Of a DNA stretch of 64,000 nt, positions 52,429-64,000 are shown in pieces. The number at the start of each line of letters is the position of its first letter. Position 1 is the stretch's first letter. Both the position numbers and the translations under genes were made by a program. Location of the stretch: contig OX597827.1 in NCBI GenBank assembly GCA_951406725.2, positions 39,308,001-39,372,000 on the forward strand, in the 5' to 3' direction. This DNA is from Octopus vulgaris. Taxonomy: Eukaryota. The notes under the pieces were generated by a model, which was given only the letters and a program-made list of their open reading frames with translations, ran no database searches and was not told the origin of the DNA.

Positions 52429-54302
52429 ATATAATGGAAATAAAATTTCCAAATTTATTCTTTCTGCATGGCCTGGTACCCAATGGTTCATGACCTGGTA
52501 CTGATCTGCAGCTCAGTAATTGAGGACACTGTTACAGACTATATATAGGAATTTGTTGACCCTGATAAATAACAAGAATTGCATCAAATGTGTTTGTAAG
52601 AAAGTGAAGTTTACTTCACAAGCAAAGATATTCTGCAACTGAATAATGAAGTTCTGAATCTTTTCCCAGGTGAAAGTACAGAGTACAAGAGTGCAGAGTG
52701 GTTCATCCCAAACTTCACACACCTGACATATGCACCACCAGTCGTACAGTTTCATAATTTGAGAAAATATTTAATTCTGTATCTTTGACATGGTTTTGAG
52801 GATATTTCAATATCATGAGTGCTGAATGATAAAGTTTAACTATGAAATATTGTTAAAAATGCAAAAAAAAATATGTTTCCTTGTAATTAAACATTGAGAG
52901 CAATAGCATATGTGGCATCACTGGTAAGTTCCAGTGACTAGTCATCGCAGTTAACATTTTAACCTTCAGAGTTTTCCTATCAACTTACTCTTTTGGGATT
53001 ATTGCTTCATGAATTAAAACTGAAAGTTGGTTCCATCATGATTCTCATGAATAACTTCAGAAAAGGCCCTTAAAGAAAAGTCCACTGAATGGCACTAGAT
53101 ATATTGTCTGAGGTTCAGCAATCCACTGCATCATTGCAAATATAATTGCTGTTGTTCTTCATTCATTATATTCACCCTTTCATGTATTACCCATCTCTAA
53201 TCAGCCCTCGTCCTTCACACACACTTATGCAACCACTAACAGTCTACTCTCTGTCCTCACTCACTTCTATGCACCTATTAAACTAAGGCTTCACCCTGAC
53301 ATCACCATCGCTATTTTATCTCCCTTTCCAGCTCCACCTCAGTTACTTCCTTCCTTTCTCTTCTGTAATGTGTGTGGCCATGTATCTTCTCTACAGCAAA
53401 AAACCTGTTCAGTTCTGACTCCTTCTTTCATACTTTAACCTTTCGCCTCCTAGCATAGAGCCACCTCCCTCTCTTCTTTAGCTCTACTTAGTTGGAAGGG
53501 CTCTTAGACTTGCAAACTGCATGAAAATCTCACTAGTGCTTGTGCCATGAACAAAGTGTCCAGTACATTCTGTAAAGTAGTTGGCATTTGGAAAGGTAAC
53601 AAGCTGTAGAAACCACACCAAAGCGGGCATTGGAGCATGATGCAACCCTTGGAACCTGCCGGATTCTGTCAAGCCATCCAACCTACACCAGCATGGTAGA
53701 GAGATGTTAAAAAAGGATGACGGTGATGATGATGGTGATGACGACGACAGAGATGATGAATGGATTTAGCCTAACTAGTGCAACTCAATTCTTTACAAAG
53801 GGAATTCTCCATCTGTTATGATCATTAGCAAGTCTTCTGGTCAGTCATCCAATGCAGTTAGAGTATGTTTGCCAAAGCTTGTATTTTAGTAATTACCAAC
53901 TGTATGTGTGGTTTTTAAGTAGAACTAAAAATAGTAGGAACTTAAAGTTACTAATTAATTAATATAGAATGTCAACATGTTTTATACCTCTTAGAATGAG
54001 TTAAAAACAAGTTGCTCTCAGAGAGAACTTTCAAATTAAATGCATGTTTAATTCGTACCTGTTAAGGTTCACTTATAGTATTCTGCGACTTATATTCAGA
54101 GAATGTTGTAAATATTCAGGGAATTTTTAAATTTGTAATCATATTATTAGTATGTTGTAATTATTATTGTAAATCATGGCCTGTGTCATATTGTGAGATG
54201 ATGTAACCATTGCAGTAAATTTCATCCTATATTACATCGTCATCATCATCATCGTTGTCGTTGTCATCGTCGTCATCATCATCACCATCATCATTGTCGT
54301 CG

Positions 54303-54353
<51 letters not shown>

Positions 54354-54429
54354 CCATTATCATCATCATCATTGCTGTCTCACTGCCACTGCCACCACCA
54401 CTACTACCACTTTTATCATCACTTTTGTC

Positions 54430-55358
54430 ATTGTTTTAACATTCACATTTTTCCATGCTTGCATGGGTCAGATGGAATTCATTGAGGCAGATTTTCAGTG
54501 ACTGAATGCCCTTTCCTCTCAACAACCCTCACTTGTTTCCAAGCAAGATAATATCTTACCATGGCTGGACATGTTTTCAAGGAATATTGAAAATGACGGC
54601 CACTACTTAGCATGATGGTGACATTTGTTCTGCATCTACCATGCAATATCAAGACAAAGAAACACAAACACACACACTTATGAACTCATACAAACAATAT
54701 AATGAACTTCTTTCAGTTTCCATCCACTAAATCCACTTACAGAACTTTGGCTGGTCTGAGGCTATAGTAGAAGACACTTGCTCAAAGTGCCACACAGTAG
54801 GACTGAACCCAGAACCATGTAATGATATGCATAAGATCTGGTCATCAAATCTAAGTAGAGATTTCAAACTTAAAATCTTCAAAGCCACAGTCAAACCAAT
54901 TCTACTATATGGCTCAGAAACCTGGATGTTATCAAAGAAGCTTGAGAGGCTGTTGGATGGAACTTACACTCGCCTCCTTATGCGATCTCAAAATCTCTCG
55001 TGCAAACAGCATCCAACCAAAGTACAAATATATGGGAAATTACCACCTGTATCATCTCTTGTGAAAGGTAGAAGAGTCCAGTTTGCTGGACATTGTTGTA
55101 GAGCTGAAAACGAGGTAATTTCTACTCTTCTCCTCTGGAAGCCATCTGCTCGCGATACCAGAGGGCGCACACTCTCCTACCCTGATGTAATCTCCAGGGA
55201 TACAGGCATCCAGCAACAGGACCTCCGTAATGCTATGATGGACCGTGAAGTCTGGTGTAACATAGTAAATTCCATTGTCTCGACCACGGTCGAACAATGA
55301 TGATGAGAACCATGTGATTGGGAAGTAAACTTATTAAGCACATAGGCATGCTTGCACC
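54430..55358 (-). mobile_element. SINE with family A head and RTE-type tail, interrupted by a LINE; homologue at 37535-37980 (+)
   Basis: A head split at 54820/55306; the tail ttccatgcttgcatgggtcag abuts the (cat)n tract at 54235-54370. Confidence 0.7.
54821..55305 (+). mobile_element. 5'-truncated RTE-group LINE; open ORF2 C-terminus (54827-55300, 157 aa)
   Basis: KIFKATVKPILLYGSETW, RRVQFAGHC, LLLWKP, AMMDREVW; (TGA)3 tail starting at the stop; 10-bp TSD agaaccatgt (54811-54820, 55306-55315). Confidence 0.93.
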
Positions 55359-55793
55359 TATTGTAAAATAGCATGAAATTTAGATATTGCTGTAAATCAA
55401 AACTCTGTAAAAATTACGAAACGTGAATTATGCTTTAAAATGTAGCTGGGTCATATTGTAAAATGTATAACTGCATATTGCAATCCATATAATAAAGTGA
55501 AACGTAAATATTGTCGCATGTTATAACTTGTAACATAATACTATGGAGTGTAAATATGATTTTTTTTTAAAAGCAAGCTGTGCTATATTATGAAACATAA
55601 AATGTTGTTGAAAAGTGTAATCCTCACCATTTCGTATAATGTTCTAAATGTTGTTATTCTTTCTCTGATGCTTTCTTCTAGTTTTCATTTTGCGATTCTC
55701 CATCTATCTTACTTTCTGCCTTTCTCTTTTCTCTCTATCTCACACTATCCTTCTTCACATTCAATCACCTCCTTTCCAGTATCTCTCTCTCTT

Positions 55794-55830
<37 letters not shown>

Positions 55831-56276
55831 GCAGCATTTTATTATGCTCAAAAGTTATAAATGAAAAGCATTAATATATAAACATATTATCCAACAGTGT
55901 ATTATTATTATTATTATATTGAATTACAAATATTGTCGTAAACTGCAGCTTTTCAAATCTGCATAAATTTTGGAGCTTTCTAAATAAATCATTGATTATC
56001 AAAGGAGGACTGATAATTCAATTCATTACCTTATACTACCATAAAAATTTTAAATATAACATTAATTGCGATAAGATATATAAAGGTGAAAAAAAAAACA
56101 TGTAAACAATTACTCTTTCAATGCAACGTAATAACAAGGACTTAACAAAATATCAATACCTTTTGTATAATCCATTATTTTTGATGGTACAGGTACACTG
56201 GTTATTCATAAGCTGTGTGCTGATGAATTTACAAAATTAAAGATCTCGTTATTTTGCTTTTTTCTGCACAATCTAT

Positions 56277-56603
56277 TGCAGCAGGATTATGGGCTACCAT
56301 TGGTTCGGATTTTGTATCCAACCAGTGATTATACTCAGAAACTGGGATGTGGCCGGTTACTTGTAGGATTCAGGAGGGTCAGCTTAGACTGTTTGGTCAA
56401 GTTACTTGATTTTTCAAGTTGGATGGCGGGGGTGATGGCTTGTGCCCCATGGTCATGTCAGATGAGGAAGTATTTCAAAGAGATAGGAACTGATTTGGAC
56501 AATGCATGGAGGGTTGCCCAGGGTTATCCAAGCAGATACCGATAATTTCTGGATGCAGTGACATGCTGCAATGGTGCACGTCCTCATATCTGACCTAACC
56601 TGA
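56277..56603 (+). mobile_element. Degraded RTE LINE 3' end
   Basis: RIMGYHWF/DFVSNQ*LYSETGM..VTCRIQEGQLRLFGQV..AWRVA..DAVTCCNGARPHI*, then a (tgacc)n-like tail. Confidence 0.85.
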
Positions 56604-56890
56604 TAGTCCTACAGGTTTCTATGCATGAGCAATTTCTTCCAAGTATTAAAAAGATTCCCAACCCTTGCTTTATGTGGTTACATAACTTGCAAGACATTTA
56701 CAGCTAAATTGCCCTCAAATCACACTATTGTTAAAACAAGGGAAAAAAAGACTAATAGCACATTGGATAATGTATTTCTGGACACACTGAAAATAATCCA
56801 GCTGACATACTTTTGATCAATATGTTTGCTAAATCAAAACACATTAAACTATAACTGGCACTATGTTGGTTTTGATGAGTGTTCCAGTTG

Positions 56891-57391
56891 AAGCACCATC
56901 TGAATGTGATCAATGCCAGATCCATCTGACTGGCTCCCGTGCTGGTGGCACGTAAAAAGCACCATCTGAACGTGGCCAATGCCAGTACCTGCTGATTGGC
57001 CCCATGCCGGTGGCATGTAAAAAGCACCATCCAAATGTGGCCAATGCCAGTAACACCTGACTGGTTCTCGTGCTGGCAGCATGTAAAGAGCACCATCCAA
57101 ACGTAGCCAATGCCAGTATCCGCTGACTGGCCCCCGTGCCAGTGGCACATAAAAAGCACTATCTGAACATGATTGATGCCAGGCCCGCCTGACTGGCTCC
57201 TGTGCTGGTGGCACATAAAAAAGCACCCATTACACTCTCAAATTAGTTGGCGTTAGGAAGGGCATCCAGCTGTAGAAACATTGCCAGATCAGAGTGGAGT
57301 CTGCTGCAGCCACTGGCTCTCCAGACTTCAGTCAAACTGTCCAACCCATGCCAGCATGGAAAATGGACGTGAAATGATGATGATGATGATG
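56891..57391 (+). mobile_element. Family C element with five tandem ~66-bp units
   Basis: Unit marker aagcacc at 56891, 56957, 57022, 57088, 57154 and 57221, then the family C body and (tga)n tail. Confidence 0.85.
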
Positions 57392-57665
57392 AACAGCCTG
57401 CATGTGCAAGCAGCTGAGCATTGCATGTGCAAGTGGCTGAGCACTGCATGTGCAAGCGGCTGAGCACACACATCCTTAATGTAGTTGTCAAGGAGATTCA
57501 GCATGACACAGAATGTCAGGTTGGCCTTTTGAAATACAGGTATAACTCATTTTTGGCGGCTGAGTGAACTGGAGCAATGTGAAATAAAGTATCTTGCTCA
57601 ATGACACAGCGCATTGCTGGGAATTGAACTCACAATCTTATGATCAAGTGCCGAATATCCTAACC

Positions 57666-57956
57666 TAGGCCAACTCGAATTACACTGTGGGCCACTTTAA
57701 TTACAGAAAGATTTTTGAGGGCTGCTTGTATACTAACAGAATTGAAAGCATTTTGCTGTCTCATGCTATTGTTACAATAATGACTGAATGACCGTTGATT
57801 CAACATGAAATATTATTATTGGAAATACAGTAGGTTCTTTCTTTTATTTTTCATCATAATCTTCAACTTTTGATAAAATTTTAAAAATGTTTGTTTAAAT
57901 AAACCCATTTCAAAAAAGTATCAAGTGGGCTGCGGGCCTCAGGTTGGCCAGCCCTG
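57666..57956. mobile_element. hAT MITE inserted in an R-SINE head
   Basis: Right TIR gttggccagccctg; TSD tcctaacc/ccctaacc; the SINE head resumes afterwards. Confidence 0.7.
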
Positions 57957-58458
57957 CCCTAACCGCTAATCCACAATATAGTGCTAGACACCTCAAAAAG
58001 CCAGCCAGGATGCTACAGGGTTGGTACCATTTTAATCATAGGTTTGCAAAATAAGGGCTGAACAGTAACAACAACTACAACACCCCTAATGCATATTCCT
58101 GTCCCTTTGTAAATTTGACTATTTTGAGATGCCATCTAATGAGAAACAAATTCTTGGCAAAACCAATTCTCCTGGAGATAGAGAGAGAGAGAGGAGTAGT
58201 TTGTAGTTGTAAGTGGTGGAAACATTGTGAAACTGATCATTGGTGTATGTAGTACTGAGCCTCAGAGCCTCCATTGTAAGATTCTGTGCCCATGAAAAAA
58301 GAAAAGTTACATCACTGTCAACAACAGACATCACTGGTAACAACAGCGATGATGATGACAGCAACAGAGACTCTGCATGAGCAATATTTCTGTGATGTGT
58401 GCAGTTTTCAAAAGGACATACTAAATGCTGTAGTTTTGAAGGTCTTATACATAATGTG

Positions 58459-58723
58459 TGGAGGTGTGTGGCTTAGTGGTTAGGGTGTCAGTATCATGAT
58501 CATAAGATTGTGGTTTTGATTCCTAGACTGGGTGACGCGTTGTGTTCTTGAGCAAAACACTTAACTTCACGTTGCTCCAGTCCACTCAGCTGGCAAAAAT
58601 GAGTAACGCTGTGATGGACTGGCGTCCCGTCCAGCTGGGGAACACATACGCCATTGAAACCGGGAAACTGGGCCCATGAGCTTGGCTAGGCTTTAAAAAA
58701 GGGTGCATTTGTTCTTTTTTTAT
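58459..58723 (+). mobile_element. SINE family R with 14-bp TSD
   Basis: TSD ttatacataatgtg at 58445-58458 and 58724-58737. Confidence 0.92.
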
Positions 58724-58916
58724 TTATACATAATGTGCCAGAGTAAAAAATGGAATGGTCATAGAAGGAACGTCTTTGGATATATGTTTGCTCTATTAAG
58801 GCTGATTTGCTAACAACAACAACAACATCAAAAACAGCAGCAGCAACAGTAGCTGATCAAACTTACTTAAAGTCAAAAGGTTGATGAGTAGTGATATAGA
58901 AACAGAGAGGAATTAA

Positions 58917-59335
58917 GTAAGGCGGCGAACTGGCAGAAACGTTAGCACGTCGGGCGAAATGCTTAACGGTATTTCGTCTGCCGTTACGTTGTGAGTTCAA
59001 ATTCCGCCTAGGTCGACTTTGCCTTTCATCCTTTCAGGGTCGATAAATTAAGTACCAGTTACGCACTGGGGTCGATGTAATCGACTTAATACCTATGTCT
59101 GTCCTTGTTTGTCCCCTCTGTGTTTAGCCCCTTGTGGGTAATAAAGAAATAGGTATTTCAGCTGCCGCTACGTTCTGAGTTCAAATTCTGCCAAGGTTGA
59201 CTTTTACTTTCATCCTTTCGGGGTCGATTAAATAAGTACCAGTTATGCACTGGGGTCAATATAATCGACTTAATCTCTTTGTCTGTCCTTGTTTGTCCCC
59301 TCTATGTTTAGCCCCCTGTGGGCAATAAAAAAATA
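58917..59335 (+). mobile_element. SINE family B dimer with 19-bp TSD
   Basis: TSD agaaacagagaggaattaa at 58898-58916 and 59336-59354; two ~183-bp modules behind one 5' head. Confidence 0.93.
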
Positions 59336-59549
59336 AGAAACAGAGAGGAATTAAATGTAATTAGGCAATATTTGGTAAATATAGTTGCTGTGCATGTTTC
59401 CTGATTTTGGAATAGGTACACTGTATCCTTGTATGTTGTAAGAGGGTTCTAAGAGGATTAGGTGGCTGTATGGTGGTAAAACACTGCCTCAGAAAACACT
59501 GTCAGACCCATGCAGGTAAAGAAAAGTAGATGTAAAACACTGACGTTCA

Positions 59550-59898
59550 TGAAGATGATGATGATGATGATGATGATTGTGATGACAATGAAGACAATGA
59601 TGGTTATGGTGATAACGTGGATGATGATGATGATGACAATGATGATGGTGATGGTGATAATGATATTGATGTAGATGATGATGATGATGATAATGATGAT
59701 GATGACCAGATCATTTCAAAGAGGATGATGACAGTGATGAAGATGGTTAGGATGGTGATGGTGATGGTGATGATGATGATGATGATGATAATGATATTGA
59801 TGATGAAGATGATGATGATGACTATACGATAATGGTAAAGAGGATGAGGGCAGTGATGAAAATGGTAAGGATAGTGATGGTGGTGGTGGTGGTGATGG

Positions 59899-59936
<38 letters not shown>

Positions 59937-60392
59937 TGATGGTGGTGGTGGTGGTGGTGGTGGTAATTTAGTAAATATCTATGTCAATAAAATTTCAGAC
60001 TGAAATAAGTACTGGGGGTGATATGATTGACTAAAAAAAAAAAACACTATCCCCTCTTCACCTTGAAGTTTTTGCTCCAGTATGGCCACAGTCTAATGAG
60101 TGAAACCAGTAAAAGAACAAAAGAGTAAACAAGATATAATAAATGGTATTCAGCCAACAACAACAACAGCAACAACAACAACAGCAACAACAACCATGAT
60201 GATAACAACAACAACGAAAACAAGAATCGAACATAATTTCCTAAACATTCATATCTAAAAGTGGAGAAACAAATAATATATATATATATGTAAATGCAAA
60301 TGAAAAATATTGAGTAACCACCACCACCATCATCACCATCACCACCATCACCAACACCATCATCATCATCATCATCATCACACCATCACCAA

Positions 60393-60438
<46 letters not shown>

Positions 60439-60605
60439 GTCATCATCATCATCATCACCATCATCACCGCCGCCGCCGCCACCATCACCACCACCACCAC
60501 CACCACTTCCACCACCGCCACCAAGAACAACAACAAAAATAGCAGCAACCAACAACAACAACAACAGCAACAGCAACAACGACAACAACAACTGCAACTA
60601 CTACT
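59550..60605. repeat. (GAT)/(GGT) block and (CAT)/(CAC)/(CAA) block
   Basis: Directly visible at 59550-59965 and 60155-60605. Confidence 0.9.
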
Positions 60606-61491
60606 ATATAGCAAGACGCAAACAATGAAACGAGCTCCCTAAATATAAACAACACATTGGGCATCTGTCCAACTATGGTGACAACAGGCTTGAAATAAAA
60701 CAATCATAGCAAAGCTGAACAGCCTGAAGTCATTCCAAAGAAAACAGCATAGAGCACCACCACCACCACCAACAACAACAATAACAAGAACAAGCACACA
60801 GATTTCAGTGAAAACTTACTTAGCATATGTGATGCAGGCATGGTTTAGCAACCGGATTTAGAATGGCACAAGAAACCTAACAAAATGCGTAGTATTTCTT
60901 TTTGTATTTTTTCCCCCTTTATATGAAAAATTGAGTTGTTTACTGTATTGTTTTATGTATTATTTTGCAGGCTTCTTTACTGTAGTGTATGCACTATGTA
61001 GTACCATGTACTACTGTGTACTACTGTGCAGTACTTTGAAGTGTTGTGTAAAAACTGAGTATTGCTCTATAGCATTGTGTCATATTATGCAGAACTGTGC
61101 AGTACTGTTTTTGTAAAGCAGCAGATTGATAGAATTTTCCGGAATGTTGGACAAGGTACTTAACACTAATTTTTCTAGTTCTTTTTTCTACCCACTGGAA
61201 CTTGGGATTTTCTTATTTCTATGATCACACCATTCACTTCCCTTCATTCTCAGCTAGCCTTATTTTGGATAAGCTTCCGCATTGATATTCATAGGTTGGA
61301 TCTTCCCTTGGTCCTCTGCTTCAACATCAACGATGAACTATTAATACACCCTTGATTCATCGAAGGCATTGTGCTCAATACAGAAACCTCAGATCAGCTG
61401 CAGATTATTCTGTGTTCAGTTGAAAGCTTCAAAATGAACTACATGGAAACAAAATACATGTGATCCAAAAGCGTAGCACAAGGCCAAATAT

Positions 61492-61893
61492 ATTTTATTA
61501 CTCTAGGCACAAAGCCCTAAATTTTGGGGAAAGGGGGCCAGTTGATTAGATCGATCCCAGTATGCAACTGATACTTAATTTATCGATCCTGAAAGGATGA
61601 AAGGCAAAGTTGACCTTGGCAGAATTTGAACTCAGAACGTAAAGACAGATGAAATACCTATTTCCTTATTACCCACAAGGGGCTAAACATAGAGGGAACA
61701 AACAAGGACAGACAAAGGTATTAAGTCAATTACATCGACCCCAGTGCGTAACTGGTACTTAATTTATCGACCCCGAAAAGATGAAAGGCAGAGTCGACCT
61801 TGGTGGAATTTGAACTCACAACGTAATGGCAGATGAAATACCGCTAAGCATTTTGCCCAGCGTGCTAACGTTTCTGCTAGCTTGCCGCCCTGA
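61492..61893 (-). mobile_element. SINE family B heterodimer with 12-bp TSD
   Basis: TSD aaggccaaatat at 61480-61491 and 61894-61905; the two modules have different 3' tails. Confidence 0.92.
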
Positions 61894-61978
61894 AAGGCCA
61901 AATATTGGGGGAAAATCATGAAATTGTAGAGATGAAGGAAAATGTCTACTTAGGACAGAGAGTAAATATGTACTGAGA

Positions 61979-62201
61979 TGAAAGAAGGTGGTAAAGTGGC
62001 AAAATCATTAGCATACTGGGTAAAATGCTTATTGGCATTTTTGTCCATCTTTATGTTCTGAGTTCAAATTCCATTCAGATTGACTTTGCCTTCCATCCCT
62101 TTTGGGGTCAATAGAATAAGTACCAGTTGAGTACTGGGATTGATGTGATTGATTTCCTTTCACTTCCTGAAGTTTCTGGCCTTGTGCCAAAATATGAAAT
62201 C
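61979..62201 (+). mobile_element. Older SINE family B monomer with 14-bp TSD
   Basis: TSD aatatgtactgaga at 61965-61978 and 62202-62215. Confidence 0.85.
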
Positions 62202-64000
62202 AATATGTACTGAGAAATGAATGCTGAAATCTCATACAGAGTAAGAGCAGGATAGAAGGTGTTTGCCACAACTGAGCTCAGCTGGACAAGATCCTGAATC
62301 CCAGTCTTTTCAATAGCATCATCCTAGCTGTGTCCCTTATATGCAAGTAAAACGTGGGCTACTGTGAAGAAGGAAGAGTAGTGACTGGTCTCATTACAAT
62401 ATACACAATATAAAAATCTTCAATGAGATGCTAATGACTAAATAGTTCATGGTAGAATTACCCAGTCAGTTGTATTCAGTACTAAATTGCATAACATTTG
62501 TATTGAAGACACCTTATATTATGAACTATAGATTTTCGATTTGTTATCTTATATTTTTTCTTCATCCTCAACAAATTCAGCATTCTCTGCAAAATCAATA
62601 TTCTTAATTTATTTCCAATACTCTATTTTATGTCTTTATAAGATCAATAACTTGTTTCATTTATTTTATCTTAATCACTCCATTTATTTATTTTATATTC
62701 GTAATAAAGGTAATTGATTGACATCCAGTGATTGGAGGTTTAATATATCAATAGGTGAACATATATACATCGATAAGTGAAAGGTGGTGGTGGTGTGTGT
62801 GTGTATGTATACATATATATATGTATAGATAAATATATATGTATATATGTATATATATATGTATAGGTATATATAGATGTATACACATACACACAATGCC
62901 AACGGATGGCCAATGGTATGTGTCAATAGGTGATCAGTGACATGTATCAAGATGATCATTGTTATCTATCAAGAACACAGCGCACTGCCAGGGAACCAAA
63001 ATCTCACTGAGAAATGAGAGAGATATAGAAATTTACTCAACACAGATATACCAAAAATTGAAGGTAGGTGGATCACCATGGATTGAAATTAGTATAGAAA
63101 TTCATACAAAATCAAGTAATACTTAACAAACACAGGGAATCCCATTTGTGACAGTTTATACTTATTGAAGCAAATGGAATTGAATGCTTTGCCAAAGAAC
63201 TGAATATAACACAGACAATATTAATTACAGTAGAATCTGAACTCATGAACTCATATGCCAGCAAGCTAACTTGGCCAGCGTCAAGAATTCCAGGTACATT
63301 TTCCACCCACATTATTAACACCTACTCCTATTATTATCATATTCTAAGAATCTTCCCCATGCTCCGTATGATTAGCTTTCCGCTGCCTCCTACTTTCTCC
63401 CGAATGAGAAACCACCCCTATACATATCTATGCCATTTCCTTTTCTCCAAAACACTATCACCACCACCACCACCAACCACCCCCTATTGACAGTGTTTCT
63501 TGTGTAGATCACTTAAGAAACCGCAACCAAGAGGTAATAAGTATTCTAAACAGACTCTAAAGCACCATCCAGCTATCCAATTCTAACAAAAAAAATTTCT
63601 CTTTGTGTCTAAAGGTCATTTGTAGTAGTAGTAATAATAATAATAATAATAACAACAGCAGCAATAATAATATTCCGCATCCGATGAGTAATGCTTTTTT
63701 TTTTATATATATCAAGTATTTATATGAGTAAGTTTTAAGAAGTGTTTGTTGAGAGTGGTGGTAGAGACAGAGAGAAAAAGACAGATGGATAGATAAATAA
63801 GAAGAGAGAGAGAGAGAGAGGGGGGGAGAGATAAAAGAAGAGAAAGAGAAATATAAGAGAGGAAACAAAATAAATATCCACTGGTGCCACAAACATTAAT
63901 GCTAAGAGCAAATTTTACATTAACCTCAACACTACCGAAATATCACAAGCACCATAAACAACAATGAAAAGAACAGCTAATTCTAAGGCAGACAAGGAAA

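Larger units (their letters stand above)
51500..52531. mobile_element. hAT MITE (MER1/Charlie-like ends) interrupted by two SINEs
   Basis: Left end cagcagtctccaatc..gtttcatgaaagacagtttttctatggac; right end ..ttgaggacactg; TSD not preserved. Confidence 0.55.
61322..62335 (+). pseudogene. RTE-1-like reverse transcriptase relic split by two SINEs
   Basis: NINDELLIHL/FIEGIVL (degenerate HLRFADDIVL), VYLGQRVNM, EISYRVRAG*KVF and FNSIIL are collinear once the SINEs are removed. Confidence 0.78.

Noticed and set aside
56891-57226. CRISPR-like repeat/spacer pattern
   Set aside because: The linkers are homologous to each other, the context is a eukaryotic retroelement and there are no cas genes.
62900-63490. 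Short unique-sequence ORFs and exon candidates
   Set aside because: Candidate exons contain stops in all frames tried and the peptides match no family I recognise.

Overview
Eukaryotic, AT-rich, microsatellite-saturated genomic DNA. The SINE and LINE repertoire points to an octopod cephalopod (Octopus-like); this is inferred from repeat-family recognition, not from a search. I found no host protein-coding exon I can support, so the window is probably a large intron or intergenic region. Nearly all ORF-track entries are microsatellite or SINE artefacts. The only real protein signals are transposon relics: three RTE-type families, two CR1-like families, one CRE-type restriction-like endonuclease and two mariner fragments. 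Other content includes dozens of tRNA-headed SINEs (families labelled A, B and R here; many with clear TSDs), an RTE-tail family (C), a headless (AAC)n-tailed family (D), non-autonomous Helitrons, hAT, piggyBac and Tigger-like MITEs, and a 48-bp minisatellite. The most notable observations are: (1) a tRNA-headed short element carrying a minimal hammerhead-ribozyme motif, arranged as a ~480-bp palindrome, with further hammerhead-like relics nearby; (2) a perfect 28-bp hairpin; (3) a head-to-tail Helitron dimer with an exact CTAG|TC junction; (4) modular SINE dimers sharing one junction; (5) a CpG-retaining island with a perfect heat-shock element. Coordinates were read by eye and repeat boundaries may be off by a few bases.
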